Positions 56,475 to 63,539 of a stretch of 64,000 nucleotides of DNA are shown here, piece after piece (position 1 is the stretch's first letter; every line of letters starts with the position of its first letter). Origin of the DNA: Patescibacteria group bacterium. GTDB lineage: Bacteria; Patescibacteriota; Patescibacteriia; Patescibacteriales; UBA12075. Location of the stretch: contig JAKJDO010000004.1 in assembly GCA_022705905.1 (NCBI GenBank), positions 374 to 64,373 of the forward strand. The letters are read 5' to 3'. The notes beneath the pieces are model-generated. The model was not told the DNA's origin and did no database searches. It was given only the letters and a program-made list of their open reading frames with translations. The translations under genes and the position numbers were made by a program.

Positions 56475-57059
56475 ATGAAAGAAACTATCAAGAATTTAAC
56501 CAAGGCTTTTATTGGCGAGTCGCAAGCCAGAAATCGTTACACCTATTATGCTAAAATCGCCCAAAAAGAAGGCTATGAACAAATCGGCGCTATTTTTTTA
56601 ATGACCGCCGAGCAAGAAAAGACTCATGCCAAAAGATTATTTGAGCACATTGCTGAAATAAAAAAACAAAGTGGCGAGGATTTAAACGAGATTGTTGTTG
56701 AAGTAGCTGCGCCCACTACCTACGGAACAACGATCGAAAATTTAAAAGCTGCTATCGCGGGCGAAAATCATGAATATACTCAAATGTATCCAGAGTTTGC
56801 CGATCAAGCTGAAGCTGACGGTTTTTCAGAAATCGCTATTAGACTTAGAGCGATAGCTAAAGCCGAAGAACATCATGAAGAAAGGTATAAAAAATTGTTA
56901 GAGCAATTAGAAAAGGGGACAATTTTTAATAAAGACAAAGAAGTTTGGTGGGTTTGCCGGGAATGCGGTTATGTCCATTTTGGTGTTAATCCGCCTGAGA
57001 AGTGTCCGTCTTGCGATCATCCCACTGCATTTTATGAAGTGAAGTGCGAGGAATATTAA
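56475..57059 (+). CDS. rbr: Rubrerythrin
   Basis: Ferritin-like ExxH pairs plus C-terminal rubredoxin CRECG...CPSC. Confidence 0.9.
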   Translation: MKETIKNLTKAFIGESQARNRYTYYAKIAQKEGYEQIGAIFLMTAEQEKTHAKRLFEHIAEIKKQSGEDLNEIVVEVAAPTTYGTTIENLKAAIAGENHEYTQMYPEFADQAEADGFSEIAIRLRAIAKAEEHHEERYKKLLEQLEKGTIFNKDKEVWWVCRECGYVHFGVNPPEKCPSCDHPTAFYEVKCEEY

Positions 57060-57064
57060 CTCTA

Positions 57065-57142
57065 TGTCATGCCGAGCTCTTAAGTGAAGCATCTTGAGCA
57101 AGTTGCGAGATCCTTCGGCTTTTAGCCTCAGGATGACTGACA
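57065..57142. repeat. Palindromic TGTCAT..GAG / CTCAGGATGAC..ACA element (short form)
   Basis: TGTCATGCCGAGC ... CCTCAGGATGACTGACA between rbr and the desulfoferrodoxin gene. Confidence 0.65.
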
Positions 57143-57149
57143 TAATTAT

Positions 57150-57554
57150 ATGATCGAAGTTAAACAAATTTATAAATGCCAGATTTGCGGCAATATCGTT
57201 GAGGTAGTTCACATCGGCGCTGGCGAATTAGTCTGTTGCGGCCAACCAATGACTTTACAAAAAGCCAATACTGTTGATGTGGCTCAAGAAAAATCCGTCG
57301 ACGCTAAAGCTATGGCGGACAAGCATGTGCCGGTTATCGAAAAAACCGATGATGGCTATAAGGTAAAAATTGGTTCCATCCCGCATCCGATGGAAGAGAG
57401 TCATTACATTGAATGGATTGAGTTAATTGTTGACGGTAAATCATGTCGCCATTTTTTAAAGCCAGGTGAAGCTCCGGAAGCCAAATTTTGCATCAAGGCA
57501 GGCGAGGTGAGCGCCAGAGAATACTGTAATTTGCATGGTTTGTGGCAGACATAA
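57150..57554 (+). CDS. dfx: Desulfoferrodoxin (superoxide reductase)
   Basis: N-terminal desulforedoxin CQICG...CCG and a neelaredoxin domain ([21 protein letters not shown]). Confidence 0.88.
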   Translation: MIEVKQIYKCQICGNIVEVVHIGAGELVCCGQPMTLQKANTVDVAQEKSVDAKAMADKHVPVIEKTDDGYKVKIGSIPHPMEESHYIEWIELIVDGKSCRHFLKPGEAPEAKFCIKAGEVSAREYCNLHGLWQT

Positions 57555-57576
57555 AACCTAACCCCACCTTCATTTT

Positions 57577-57716
57577 TGTCATTATCGCCTGCCTGCCGAC
57601 AAGCAGGCGAAGGCGTGGATTCAGAATTAAACCGCGTATCTTTGGTAAAAATTAAGAAGGTATATTATTAGCTGGATATTTTTTTAGATCTCGGGTCGTG
57701 GTTCGGGATGATTGTC
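57577..57716. repeat. Palindromic TGTCAT...ATGA..TGTCA element (long form)
   Basis: Carries CCTGCCTGCCGACAAGCAGGCG and the CTTTGGTAAAA..TAAG core shared with 13181-13298. Confidence 0.65.
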
Positions 57717-57717
57717 A

Positions 57718-57746
57718 TTGACTTTTTTTTAGATTTGTATTATATT
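57718..57746 (+). promoter_or_regulatory. Candidate rpmG promoter TTGACT-17-TATATT
   Basis: Exact 17-nt spacing, ~60 nt upstream of rpmG. A small CAGAC/GTCTG hairpin lies in the leader at 57776-57791. Confidence 0.45.
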
Positions 57747-57807
57747 AATTAAGTAATAATTAGTAAAACAAAAAGCAGACATTTTAGTCTGTTTTCTATT
57801 ATTTTTT

Positions 57808-57963
57808 ATGTCGCAGGACAACATGATAAAAATGGAGTGTACGGAATGTAAAAGAGTAAATTATTTCTCTAAGAAAAATAAGAAGACTCTAAAGAATAGA
57901 CTGGAAATGAAAAAATATTGCCGCCATTGCAAAAAGCATACTCCTCACAAAGAGACTAAATAA
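57808..57963 (+). CDS. rpmG: 50S ribosomal protein L33 (51 aa, below the ORF-track cutoff)
   Basis: Hand translation gives [52 protein letters not shown]33 CxxC..CxxC form. Confidence 0.88.
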   Translation: MSQDNMIKMECTECKRVNYFSKKNKKTLKNRLEMKKYCRHCKKHTPHKETK

Positions 57964-57973
57964 TATTTAGTCT

Positions 57974-58372
57974 ATGTTTAAATATTTTAAATTCAGCGTA
58001 GTTTTGTTAATGGGCGCGTTTTTGCTCTCAGGTTGCTCCATGTCTGAAAAATTACGGTGGCTCGACGATCAAGCCGGCAGACTGTTTGACGACGCCCAGT
58101 CTGGCGAGCAAAAAATTTTTATTGCCACTAGCAGTCAAGAATGGATTGATTTAGTTAAAAATAAAGCTGTCAGCTTGACCATTGACCAAAAAGATTATAT
58201 AGATAAATTTTTAGCTGAAAATAATCTTAATCGTTTCGGCGATGCTACTAGCACAGTTTATGCCAGCGGCACGCCTTTGTTTGATAAAGTAACAGGAGAG
58301 AGCGTTGACAGATTTGAGTATATTTTAAAAAATCATCCGGAAATTTTAGAAAAAATAAAAAATGGTTTTTAA
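57974..58372 (+). CDS. Putative lipoprotein, unknown function
   Basis: Signal peptide with lipobox LLSGC; 132 aa. Confidence 0.6.
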   Translation: MFKYFKFSVVLLMGAFLLSGCSMSEKLRWLDDQAGRLFDDAQSGEQKIFIATSSQEWIDLVKNKAVSLTIDQKDYIDKFLAENNLNRFGDATSTVYASGTPLFDKVTGESVDRFEYILKNHPEILEKIKNGF

Positions 58373-58413
58373 ATTGGTTCTGCCTATAAGGCCCTATTTA
58401 AAAGACTAAAATT

Positions 58414-58486
58414 GGGAGCTTAGTTAAATGGTATAACATCGGTCTCCAAAACCGAGGTCGTGGGTTCGATTCCTACAGCTCCTGCA
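58414..58486 (+). tRNA. tRNA-Trp (anticodon CCA)
   Basis: Acceptor GGGAGCT/AGCTCCT (G1-U72), anticodon stem TCGGT/ACCGA with loop CTCCAAA, T arm GTGGG-TTCGATT-CCTAC. Confidence 0.88.
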
Positions 58487-58491
58487 AAATA

Positions 58492-58557
58492 ACGGCGTGG
58501 TTTCACCCGCCAGCCAAGTATAGCGATGCAGGTGGTAATTCCTACCACCCGCGCGGA
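58492..58557 (+). other. GC-rich structured element of unknown identity between tRNA-Trp and a terminator
   Basis: Hairpins GGCG(T)GG-tttca-CCCGCC and GGTGGTA-attcc-TACCACC. Much more GC-rich than its surroundings, with no ORF. Confidence 0.35.
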
Positions 58558-58560
58558 TTG

Positions 58561-58589
58561 AATCACAGCTAAAGTTAGCTGTGATTTTT
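58561..58589 (+). terminator. Rho-independent terminator
   Basis: AATCACAGCTAaagtTAGCTGTGATT followed by TTTT. Confidence 0.8.
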
Positions 58590-58681
58590 AGTGAAGAGGG
58601 TCAAAAGTTCGAATTTATGCGATAAATTTGCTATAATAGACTTATAGGTGTTTATTTAATATTTAATAATAAATAAAATGT

Positions 58682-58885
58682 ATGAACTTATTTAAATCTT
58701 ACATTTATAACTGGTGGCAGATGGCCATATTAAAGACAGCATTAATAGCGGCTGGCGTAGCCATAGGATCATATTGGCATGAATTTTTCCGGCCTTATTT
58801 GATGGGGGTAATAATTATCTGGCTGGTCGCTGCAGCTTATTCTTTGTATATATCTTTTAAAAGGCAAGAGATCCCTAAGAGCTAA
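58682..58885 (+). CDS. Small two-TM membrane protein
   Basis: 67 aa with two hydrophobic helices. TGCTATAAT extended -10 at 58629-58637. Confidence 0.5.
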   Translation: MNLFKSYIYNWWQMAILKTALIAAGVAIGSYWHEFFRPYLMGVIIIWLVAAAYSLYISFKRQEIPKS

Positions 58886-58936
58886 ATATTAAACCCTATA
58901 ACAGAAATTTTACTCAACTAATTAATAAATATAAAT

Positions 58937-59755
58937 ATGGAAAAAATATTTGACCCTGAAAAAACAGAGATTTTTAAAAAAGCAAAAAGAAATTTTTCTT
59001 TTTTAACAATCGTAATAATATTGATATCATTTTTTTTCGGTGCCGTCGGCACTATTGGCGCTGGTGAAAGAGGAATTTTATTACAGTTTGGCGCGGTAAA
59101 AGAAAAAGTTTTTGATGAAGGCCTATATTTTAAAATTCCGGTCGTTCAGCAGGTAGTAAAAATGGATGTAAAAATACAAAAGGATGAGGTGCCGGCTAGC
59201 GCTTCGTCTAAGGATTTGCAGATTGTTACCTCTAAAATTGCCATTAATTATCATTTAGCGCCTGAAAAAGTTAACAATATATGGCAGGAGGTAGGTAGGG
59301 AATACAATTCCCGCATTATTGCCCCATCTATCCAGGAGGCGGTCAAATCAGTCACGGCCAGATTTACAGCCGAGGAACTGATTATCAAGAGAGAAGATGT
59401 AAAGGATCAAATAAAGAGCAACCTGGCCGAAAGACTGATAAAAAATAATATTATTGTTGATGAAATAAATATTACTTCTTTTGACTTTTCAGATGCATTT
59501 AATCAGGCGATTGAGGCGAAAGTGACGGCTGAACAGTTGAAATTAAAAGCCGTTAGAGATTTGGAAAGAATAAAGATTGAAGCTGAACAAAAAGTAGTCG
59601 AGGCAGAAGGCAAGGCTAAAGCTATTAGAACTGAAGCCCAAGCCTTAACTTCCAATCCTCAAGTAGTTGAATTGCGCTGGATTGAGAAATGGGACGGGAA
59701 AGTACCGACATATTGGGGTTCAGCTAGCCCATTTATCGGTTTAAATAATAAATAA
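58937..59755 (+). CDS. SPFH/Band 7 (prohibitin-like) protein
   Basis: N-terminal TM, SPFH core (GERGILLQFGAV...), C-terminal Ala/Glu coiled coil. Confidence 0.82.
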   Translation: MEKIFDPEKTEIFKKAKRNFSFLTIVIILISFFFGAVGTIGAGERGILLQFGAVKEKVFDEGLYFKIPVVQQVVKMDVKIQKDEVPASASSKDLQIVTSKIAINYHLAPEKVNNIWQEVGREYNSRIIAPSIQEAVKSVTARFTAEELIIKREDVKDQIKSNLAERLIKNNIIVDEINITSFDFSDAFNQAIEAKVTAEQLKLKAVRDLERIKIEAEQKVVEAEGKAKAIRTEAQALTSNPQVVELRWIEKWDGKVPTYWGSASPFIGLNNK

Positions 59756-59771
59756 AAAATTTTTCCAGTAA

Positions 59772-59832
59772 ATCGGTCTCTAATTCCACTCTTCGTGAAG
59801 AGCATGGGGCGCTACCCACAACTCCTGCAAAA
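59772..59832 (+). other. Degenerate copy of the 3' two-thirds of tRNA-Trp
   Basis: ATCGGTCTC (anticodon-stem start) and ACAaCTCCTGCAAAA (acceptor 3' end plus trailer) match tRNA-Trp 58437-58445 and 58475-58490. The middle has diverged. Confidence 0.5.
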
Positions 59833-59867
59833 AACGTTCTGCCTACAATTGACAGAACGTTTTTTTC
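59829..59867. terminator. Bidirectional terminator
   Basis: AACGTTCTG-11 nt-CAGAACGTT hairpin flanked by A6 and T7. Confidence 0.75.
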
Positions 59868-59884
59868 GGATGAGCTTTTGTTAT

Positions 59885-60136
59885 TCATGATTTGCCATTC
59901 GCTTGGCTGGCGATTTTTTTTATTTCGTCAAAACCTTCTCTTAATGTATGAAGATTTTCTCCTATATAGCAGAATATGGAATTTAAGCGTTCAAGCGGGT
60001 CAAACGTTGTTTCGCGGATGCGATCAATTTCTGCCTGTAAAACCGCTAGTTCCGGATGCTCTGCAATAAGATTTTGTATTTCTGCCTTTAACCTCTCTAT
60101 TTCGGGACTCTCTTCGGTTATTGTTTTGATAGCCAT
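59885..60136 (-). CDS. GC-shifted orphan helical/coiled-coil protein, 83 aa
   Basis: SD AAGGAGG 7 nt upstream; heptad-like PEIERLKAEIQNLIAEHPELAVLQAEIDRIRE. No family recognised. Confidence 0.55.
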   Translation of the reverse strand: MAIKTITEESPEIERLKAEIQNLIAEHPELAVLQAEIDRIRETTFDPLERLNSIFCYIGENLHTLREGFDEIKKIASQANGKS

Positions 60137-60300
60137 GGATCATGCCTCCTTGTTTTTTTATTATATTTTCACAATACTTTTAAAATGTCAATGTTAAACA
60201 TGCGATATTTTAAAGAATTTTTAATTTTTTTAATTTATTGTAAATATTGGAAGCTTTATGATAAGATAAAATAATAGTAATAAATAAAAAAGTAAAAATT

Positions 60301-60624
60301 ATGACAAAACATTTTACTGATGAAAACTTCGCCAAGGAGGTTGTAGAAGTTTCTAAGACCAAGCCAGTGCTAGTTGATTTTTTTGCCGAATGGTGCGGGC
60401 CATGCAAATTACAAGGATCGATTATTGATCAGCTGGCTGATGAGATGGGGGAGGCGGCAGCTATTGGCAAAATGAATGTTGAAGAATCGTCTAAAACAGC
60501 CGAGGAGTATGGGGTTATGACCATTCCCACCTTAATCGTTTTTAAAGACGGAAAATCAGTCGCTAATTTTACCGGTCTGCAAAACAAAGATAGTTTGATG
60601 ACTCAAATAAAAAAATACCTATAA
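60301..60624 (+). CDS. trxA: Thioredoxin
   Basis: WCGPC active site; 107 aa. Confidence 0.93.
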   Translation: MTKHFTDENFAKEVVEVSKTKPVLVDFFAEWCGPCKLQGSIIDQLADEMGEAAAIGKMNVEESSKTAEEYGVMTIPTLIVFKDGKSVANFTGLQNKDSLMTQIKKYL

Positions 60625-60719
60625 TTTATTGGTGTTTTTTTATACTTTGCTGTATAATATACATAGTTTATTCACAAATTAACGCAAATTAATAAATAAT
60701 TATTAAGCAGTAAAAATTT

Positions 60720-61004
60720 ATGGCAAAAATGACCAAGTCCCAATTGCTAACCGTTTTGTCTGAAGCCCAGGGCTTAAGCAAAAAACAAGTTGTTGGCTTA
60801 TTGGATGGTTTAGCTTCTTTGGCTTATAAAGAAGTAAAAAAGGGTGGAGAATTCGTTTTGCCCGGCTTTGGTAAGCTGGTAAAAGTAAATAGAAAGGCCA
60901 GGATGGGCAGAAATCCCGCTACTGGTGCTCAAATCAAGATCCCGGCAAAAGTTGTGGTTAAATTTCGCCTAGCAAAAGCTGTAAAAGACGCAGTACTAAA
61001 ATAG
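60720..61004 (+). CDS. hup: HU family DNA-binding protein
   Basis: MTKSQLL...GFGKL...RMGRNPATGAQIKIPAK arm motif. Confidence 0.92.
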   Translation: MAKMTKSQLLTVLSEAQGLSKKQVVGLLDGLASLAYKEVKKGGEFVLPGFGKLVKVNRKARMGRNPATGAQIKIPAKVVVKFRLAKAVKDAVLK

Positions 61005-61016
61005 TAGAATATTTTA

Positions 61017-61054
61017 ATAAAACACCGTCCTGATCATTCGGGACGGTGTTTTAT
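61017..61054 (+). terminator. Rho-independent terminator after hup
   Basis: AACACCGTCC-10 nt-GGACGGTGTT followed by TTATTGTTT. Confidence 0.75.
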
Positions 61055-61084
61055 TGTTTATTTAAAGAAATTTTTTTGAAAGAT

Positions 61085-61366
61085 TTATTCTTTCCATTTA
61101 TCTATGTATTGACCGATACCGTGTTGATTTAATTTATTTTTTAATTTAGTTTTTTCAAGCAAAAAGTGGATAACTGATGAAAAATCTATTAGATAACGGT
61201 TTTTAACGATTTTATAGCGTAAAATACCCCCCTGGATAGCTCGGCGAATAGTTTTAGTTTTTACACCGCCAAATTTAGCAGCTTCAGAAACAGACAGCCA
61301 AATAGGATTGGTTATGTTCGAGGTTGTTAAGAAAAGATTGTTTTTATCTTTTTTTTGCTCTGTCAT
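61085..61366 (-). CDS. Helix-turn-helix DNA-binding protein (excisionase/MerR-like HTH)
   Basis: WLSVSEAAKFGGVKTKTIRRAIQGGILRYKIVKNRYLI matches the excisionase-type HTH pattern. Confidence 0.7.
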   Translation of the reverse strand: MTEQKKDKNNLFLTTSNITNPIWLSVSEAAKFGGVKTKTIRRAIQGGILRYKIVKNRYLIDFSSVIHFLLEKTKLKNKLNQHGIGQYIDKWKE

Positions 61367-61374
61367 CGTATTTT

Positions 61375-61395
61375 TAGTCTAATATTTTTTAGACT
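61375..61395. promoter_or_regulatory. Palindromic operator-like site 1 (AGTCTAA-N6-TTAGACT)
   Basis: Perfect 7-bp arms starting 10 nt upstream of the HTH gene start codon. Confidence 0.5.
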
Positions 61396-61437
61396 TAAAT
61401 TACAATTTATTTTATATTAGAGAAAATTGCTTATTAT

Positions 61438-61457
61438 AGTCTAATTTAATGTAGACT
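61438..61457. promoter_or_regulatory. Palindromic operator-like site 2 (AGTCTA-N8-TAGACT)
   Basis: 6-bp arms with the same half-site as site 1. Confidence 0.45.
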
Positions 61458-61521
61458 TTAATGCTATATTATTAGAATAAATTAATGTTTTAGCTCGGCA
61501 ATGAATAACAAAAAATATTTT

Positions 61522-61540
61522 AGTCTATCTTATTATAGAC
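61522..61540. promoter_or_regulatory. Palindromic operator-like site 3 (AGTCTA-N8-TAGAC)
   Basis: 5-6-bp arms with the same half-site. Confidence 0.4.
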
Positions 61541-61887
61541 AAAAGATTATAATGTTTATATATTTTTTCACATTTATAAAAAAAAATCAAGAGCATTATC
61601 ACGCAACACAAAACACATAACAAATAACATTTTTTACATTATTTTTTTTATGTGTTTTTGCACCCTATGTTAAGTTGTATTATTTGCTTTTTTTGAGTAA
61701 TTATGATATTCTCGGTATTAACGGCTTAGAGAAAAAGACGCAAATAAAATTATTCGTTTTCCCAATATTTTAGCTAAAATTAATCAATTTTCTTCTACAA
61801 TGAATTAATATAAAGAGATCGGGCAAAAATAGGTTTAATCCTGTGTTTTTTTGTTCTCTTTTTAGTTTATTTTTAGCGACAAAAAAG

Positions 61888-61913
61888 TGTAACATTTTGC
61901 CATTTTAAACGTA
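61888..61913 (+). promoter_or_regulatory. ECF-type promoter TGTAAC-N16-CGTA directly upstream of the ECF sigma gene
   Basis: TGTAACattttgccattttaaaCGTA. The -10 ends 7 nt before the ATG at 61921, which implies a leaderless or near-leaderless mRNA. Confidence 0.55.
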
Positions 61914-61920
61914 TAATTAA

Positions 61921-62493
61921 ATGAAGATAAGTGCATTTAGCGATAAAATTTTATATTTACGCCTGCAAGACAAGGACAAAGAAGCTTTTATTAAGGCTTA
62001 TGATTTGTATTTAGACAGCATTTATCGCTTCATTTTCTTCAAAGTAGGCAACAGGGAAGAGGCCGAAGACTTAACTTCATCGGTGTTTTTAAAAGCCTGG
62101 GATTATATCCAAACTAATAAAATAAAAGAATTTAAGACTTTAAAATCGCTTTTATATAAAATAGCTAGAAACGCAGTCATTGATCACTACCGCAAGCAAA
62201 GTAAAAGGCAGGAAATCAGCCTGGACCAAGTCGAAGAAGCGGTTGATATAATTGATGAAAAATTTGATTTGATCGGCGAGCTAGAATTAGCTGCCGAGTG
62301 GCGTGAGCTAGAAAAAAAGCTGTGTGAATTAAAAGACGAATATCGGGAAATAATTTTACTTAAATATGTTGACGAGCTGTCAATTGCCGAGATAGCTAAA
62401 GTTCTTAACAAAAGCCAGGGCAATGTCAGAGTTTTGATTTTTCGGGCCGTCAGCGCTTTAAAAAAAATCGCGGAAGTCGAAGAAAAAAAATGA
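61921..62493 (+). CDS. ECF-type RNA polymerase sigma-70 family factor
   Basis: Region 2 (IYRFIFFKVGNREEAEDLTSSVFLKAW) and region 4 HTH (LSIAEIAKVLNKSQGNVRVLIFRA). Confidence 0.88.
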   Translation: MKISAFSDKILYLRLQDKDKEAFIKAYDLYLDSIYRFIFFKVGNREEAEDLTSSVFLKAWDYIQTNKIKEFKTLKSLLYKIARNAVIDHYRKQSKRQEISLDQVEEAVDIIDEKFDLIGELELAAEWRELEKKLCELKDEYREIILLKYVDELSIAEIAKVLNKSQGNVRVLIFRAVSALKKIAEVEEKK

Positions 62494-63404
62494 AGGAGCA
62501 AAACATAATAAAACAATTAAATAGCTTAAAGGAAATTAAAGCCGATGCCGGTTGGAAAGCCAGAAATCGGGAGATTTTGATTAATCAAATCGGCGGCTAT
62601 AAAATAGAGGTTGAAGCTTCTAAGAATGATTGGATTTTTTATTTTAAGTTGCCAGCAATGATGGCCAGAGAGATCTCTCAGCCGACTTTGGTGGCTTTTT
62701 TGATATTTATTTTTTTGGCTGGCGGTACTGTAGCTAGCGTTCGCGTAGCCGAGAATACGAAGCCGGGAGATTCTTTGTATGTTGCTAAAATCGCCAGCGA
62801 GAAGGCGCAATTCGCTTTTACTTTTGATCAAAAAGAAAAAGCTAAGCTAGGAATTGTTTTTGCCAATAACCGAGTTAAGGAAATCGGCCAGGTTCTAGCC
62901 GAACCCAACGGCAGTCAAAATGGTAGTCAAAATGAAAGGGTGGGCGTTCTATTGAATGATTTAAAACAGCAAATTAGCGACGTAAAAACAAGAATAGCTA
63001 AAATTAACCCCGACAAAGCGGTGGTAACAGAAAAAGAAAAAATGGAAGATGGCAGCGAGATTTTTAGCGCCGCTTTTGATAAAGAAAGCCAGGGGGTGCA
63101 AATTAGTCCTAGCGGCGCAACCGATAATTCAGTTGCACCTGTTAGCGTGGCGACAAAAACAGAAAGCAGGATTTCCACATCCACTGAAACTCCGGCTACT
63201 GTTTCAACAACTACAGACGGCAACCTCCAAGCCAAAAATATCAGCAACACCGCCACTATTTTAAAAGAAGCTGAGCAATTATTAAAAGAAGAAAAGTATG
63301 TTGATACTTTAATAAAATTGAACGAAGCGGATAAGGCAGTGTCGCAAGTTGATCAGGGAGAAGTGAAGGGAGCGAGCGAAGTAGCAACTTCAACAACCAA
63401 ATAA
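62490..63404 (+). CDS. Putative anti-sigma / DUF5667-like single-pass membrane protein
   Basis: 4-nt overlap (ATGA) with the sigma gene, one TM (PTLVAFLIFIFLAGGTVA), extracytoplasmic low-complexity C-terminus. Confidence 0.5.
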   Translation: MKEQNIIKQLNSLKEIKADAGWKARNREILINQIGGYKIEVEASKNDWIFYFKLPAMMAREISQPTLVAFLIFIFLAGGTVASVRVAENTKPGDSLYVAKIASEKAQFAFTFDQKEKAKLGIVFANNRVKEIGQVLAEPNGSQNGSQNERVGVLLNDLKQQISDVKTRIAKINPDKAVVTEKEKMEDGSEIFSAAFDKESQGVQISPSGATDNSVAPVSVATKTESRISTSTETPATVSTTTDGNLQAKNISNTATILKEAEQLLKEEKYVDTLIKLNEADKAVSQVDQGEVKGASEVATSTTK

Positions 63405-63422
63405 AGATTAAATAAAACACAT

Positions 63423-63515
63423 TGTCATCCTGAGTCCGCTGGGCGAAGAATCTCGTATCTGATACGTTTTTCCCCAGGATTCTTCGCTGCCTGAAGACAG
63501 GCGCTCAGAATGACA
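63423..63515. repeat. Palindromic TGTCATCCTGAG...CTCAGAATGACA element (short form)
   Basis: Outer arms TGTCATCCTGAG / CTCAGAATGACA; inner arms GCGAAGAATC / GGATTCTTCGC. Confidence 0.75.
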
Positions 63516-63539
63516 AATAAAAAATAGTGCGTGTTTATT

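Noticed and set aside
58492-58557. Fluoride (crcB) riboswitch
   Set aside because: The 5' GGCG..CGCC hairpin and the ..UAAUUCCUAC string recall the motif. However, the loop cannot form the required pseudoknot with the 3' segment, the AAAC(C)GCC linker is missing, and the downstream 67-aa gene is not CrcB/Fluc-like.
61501-61620. 39-codon ORF (MNNKKYFSLSYYRQKIIMFIYFF...) in the 554-bp HTH/sigma intergenic gap
   Set aside because: It is a low-complexity AT-driven sequence that runs across operator-like site 3 and an AACACATAACA repeat, so it is more likely non-coding.
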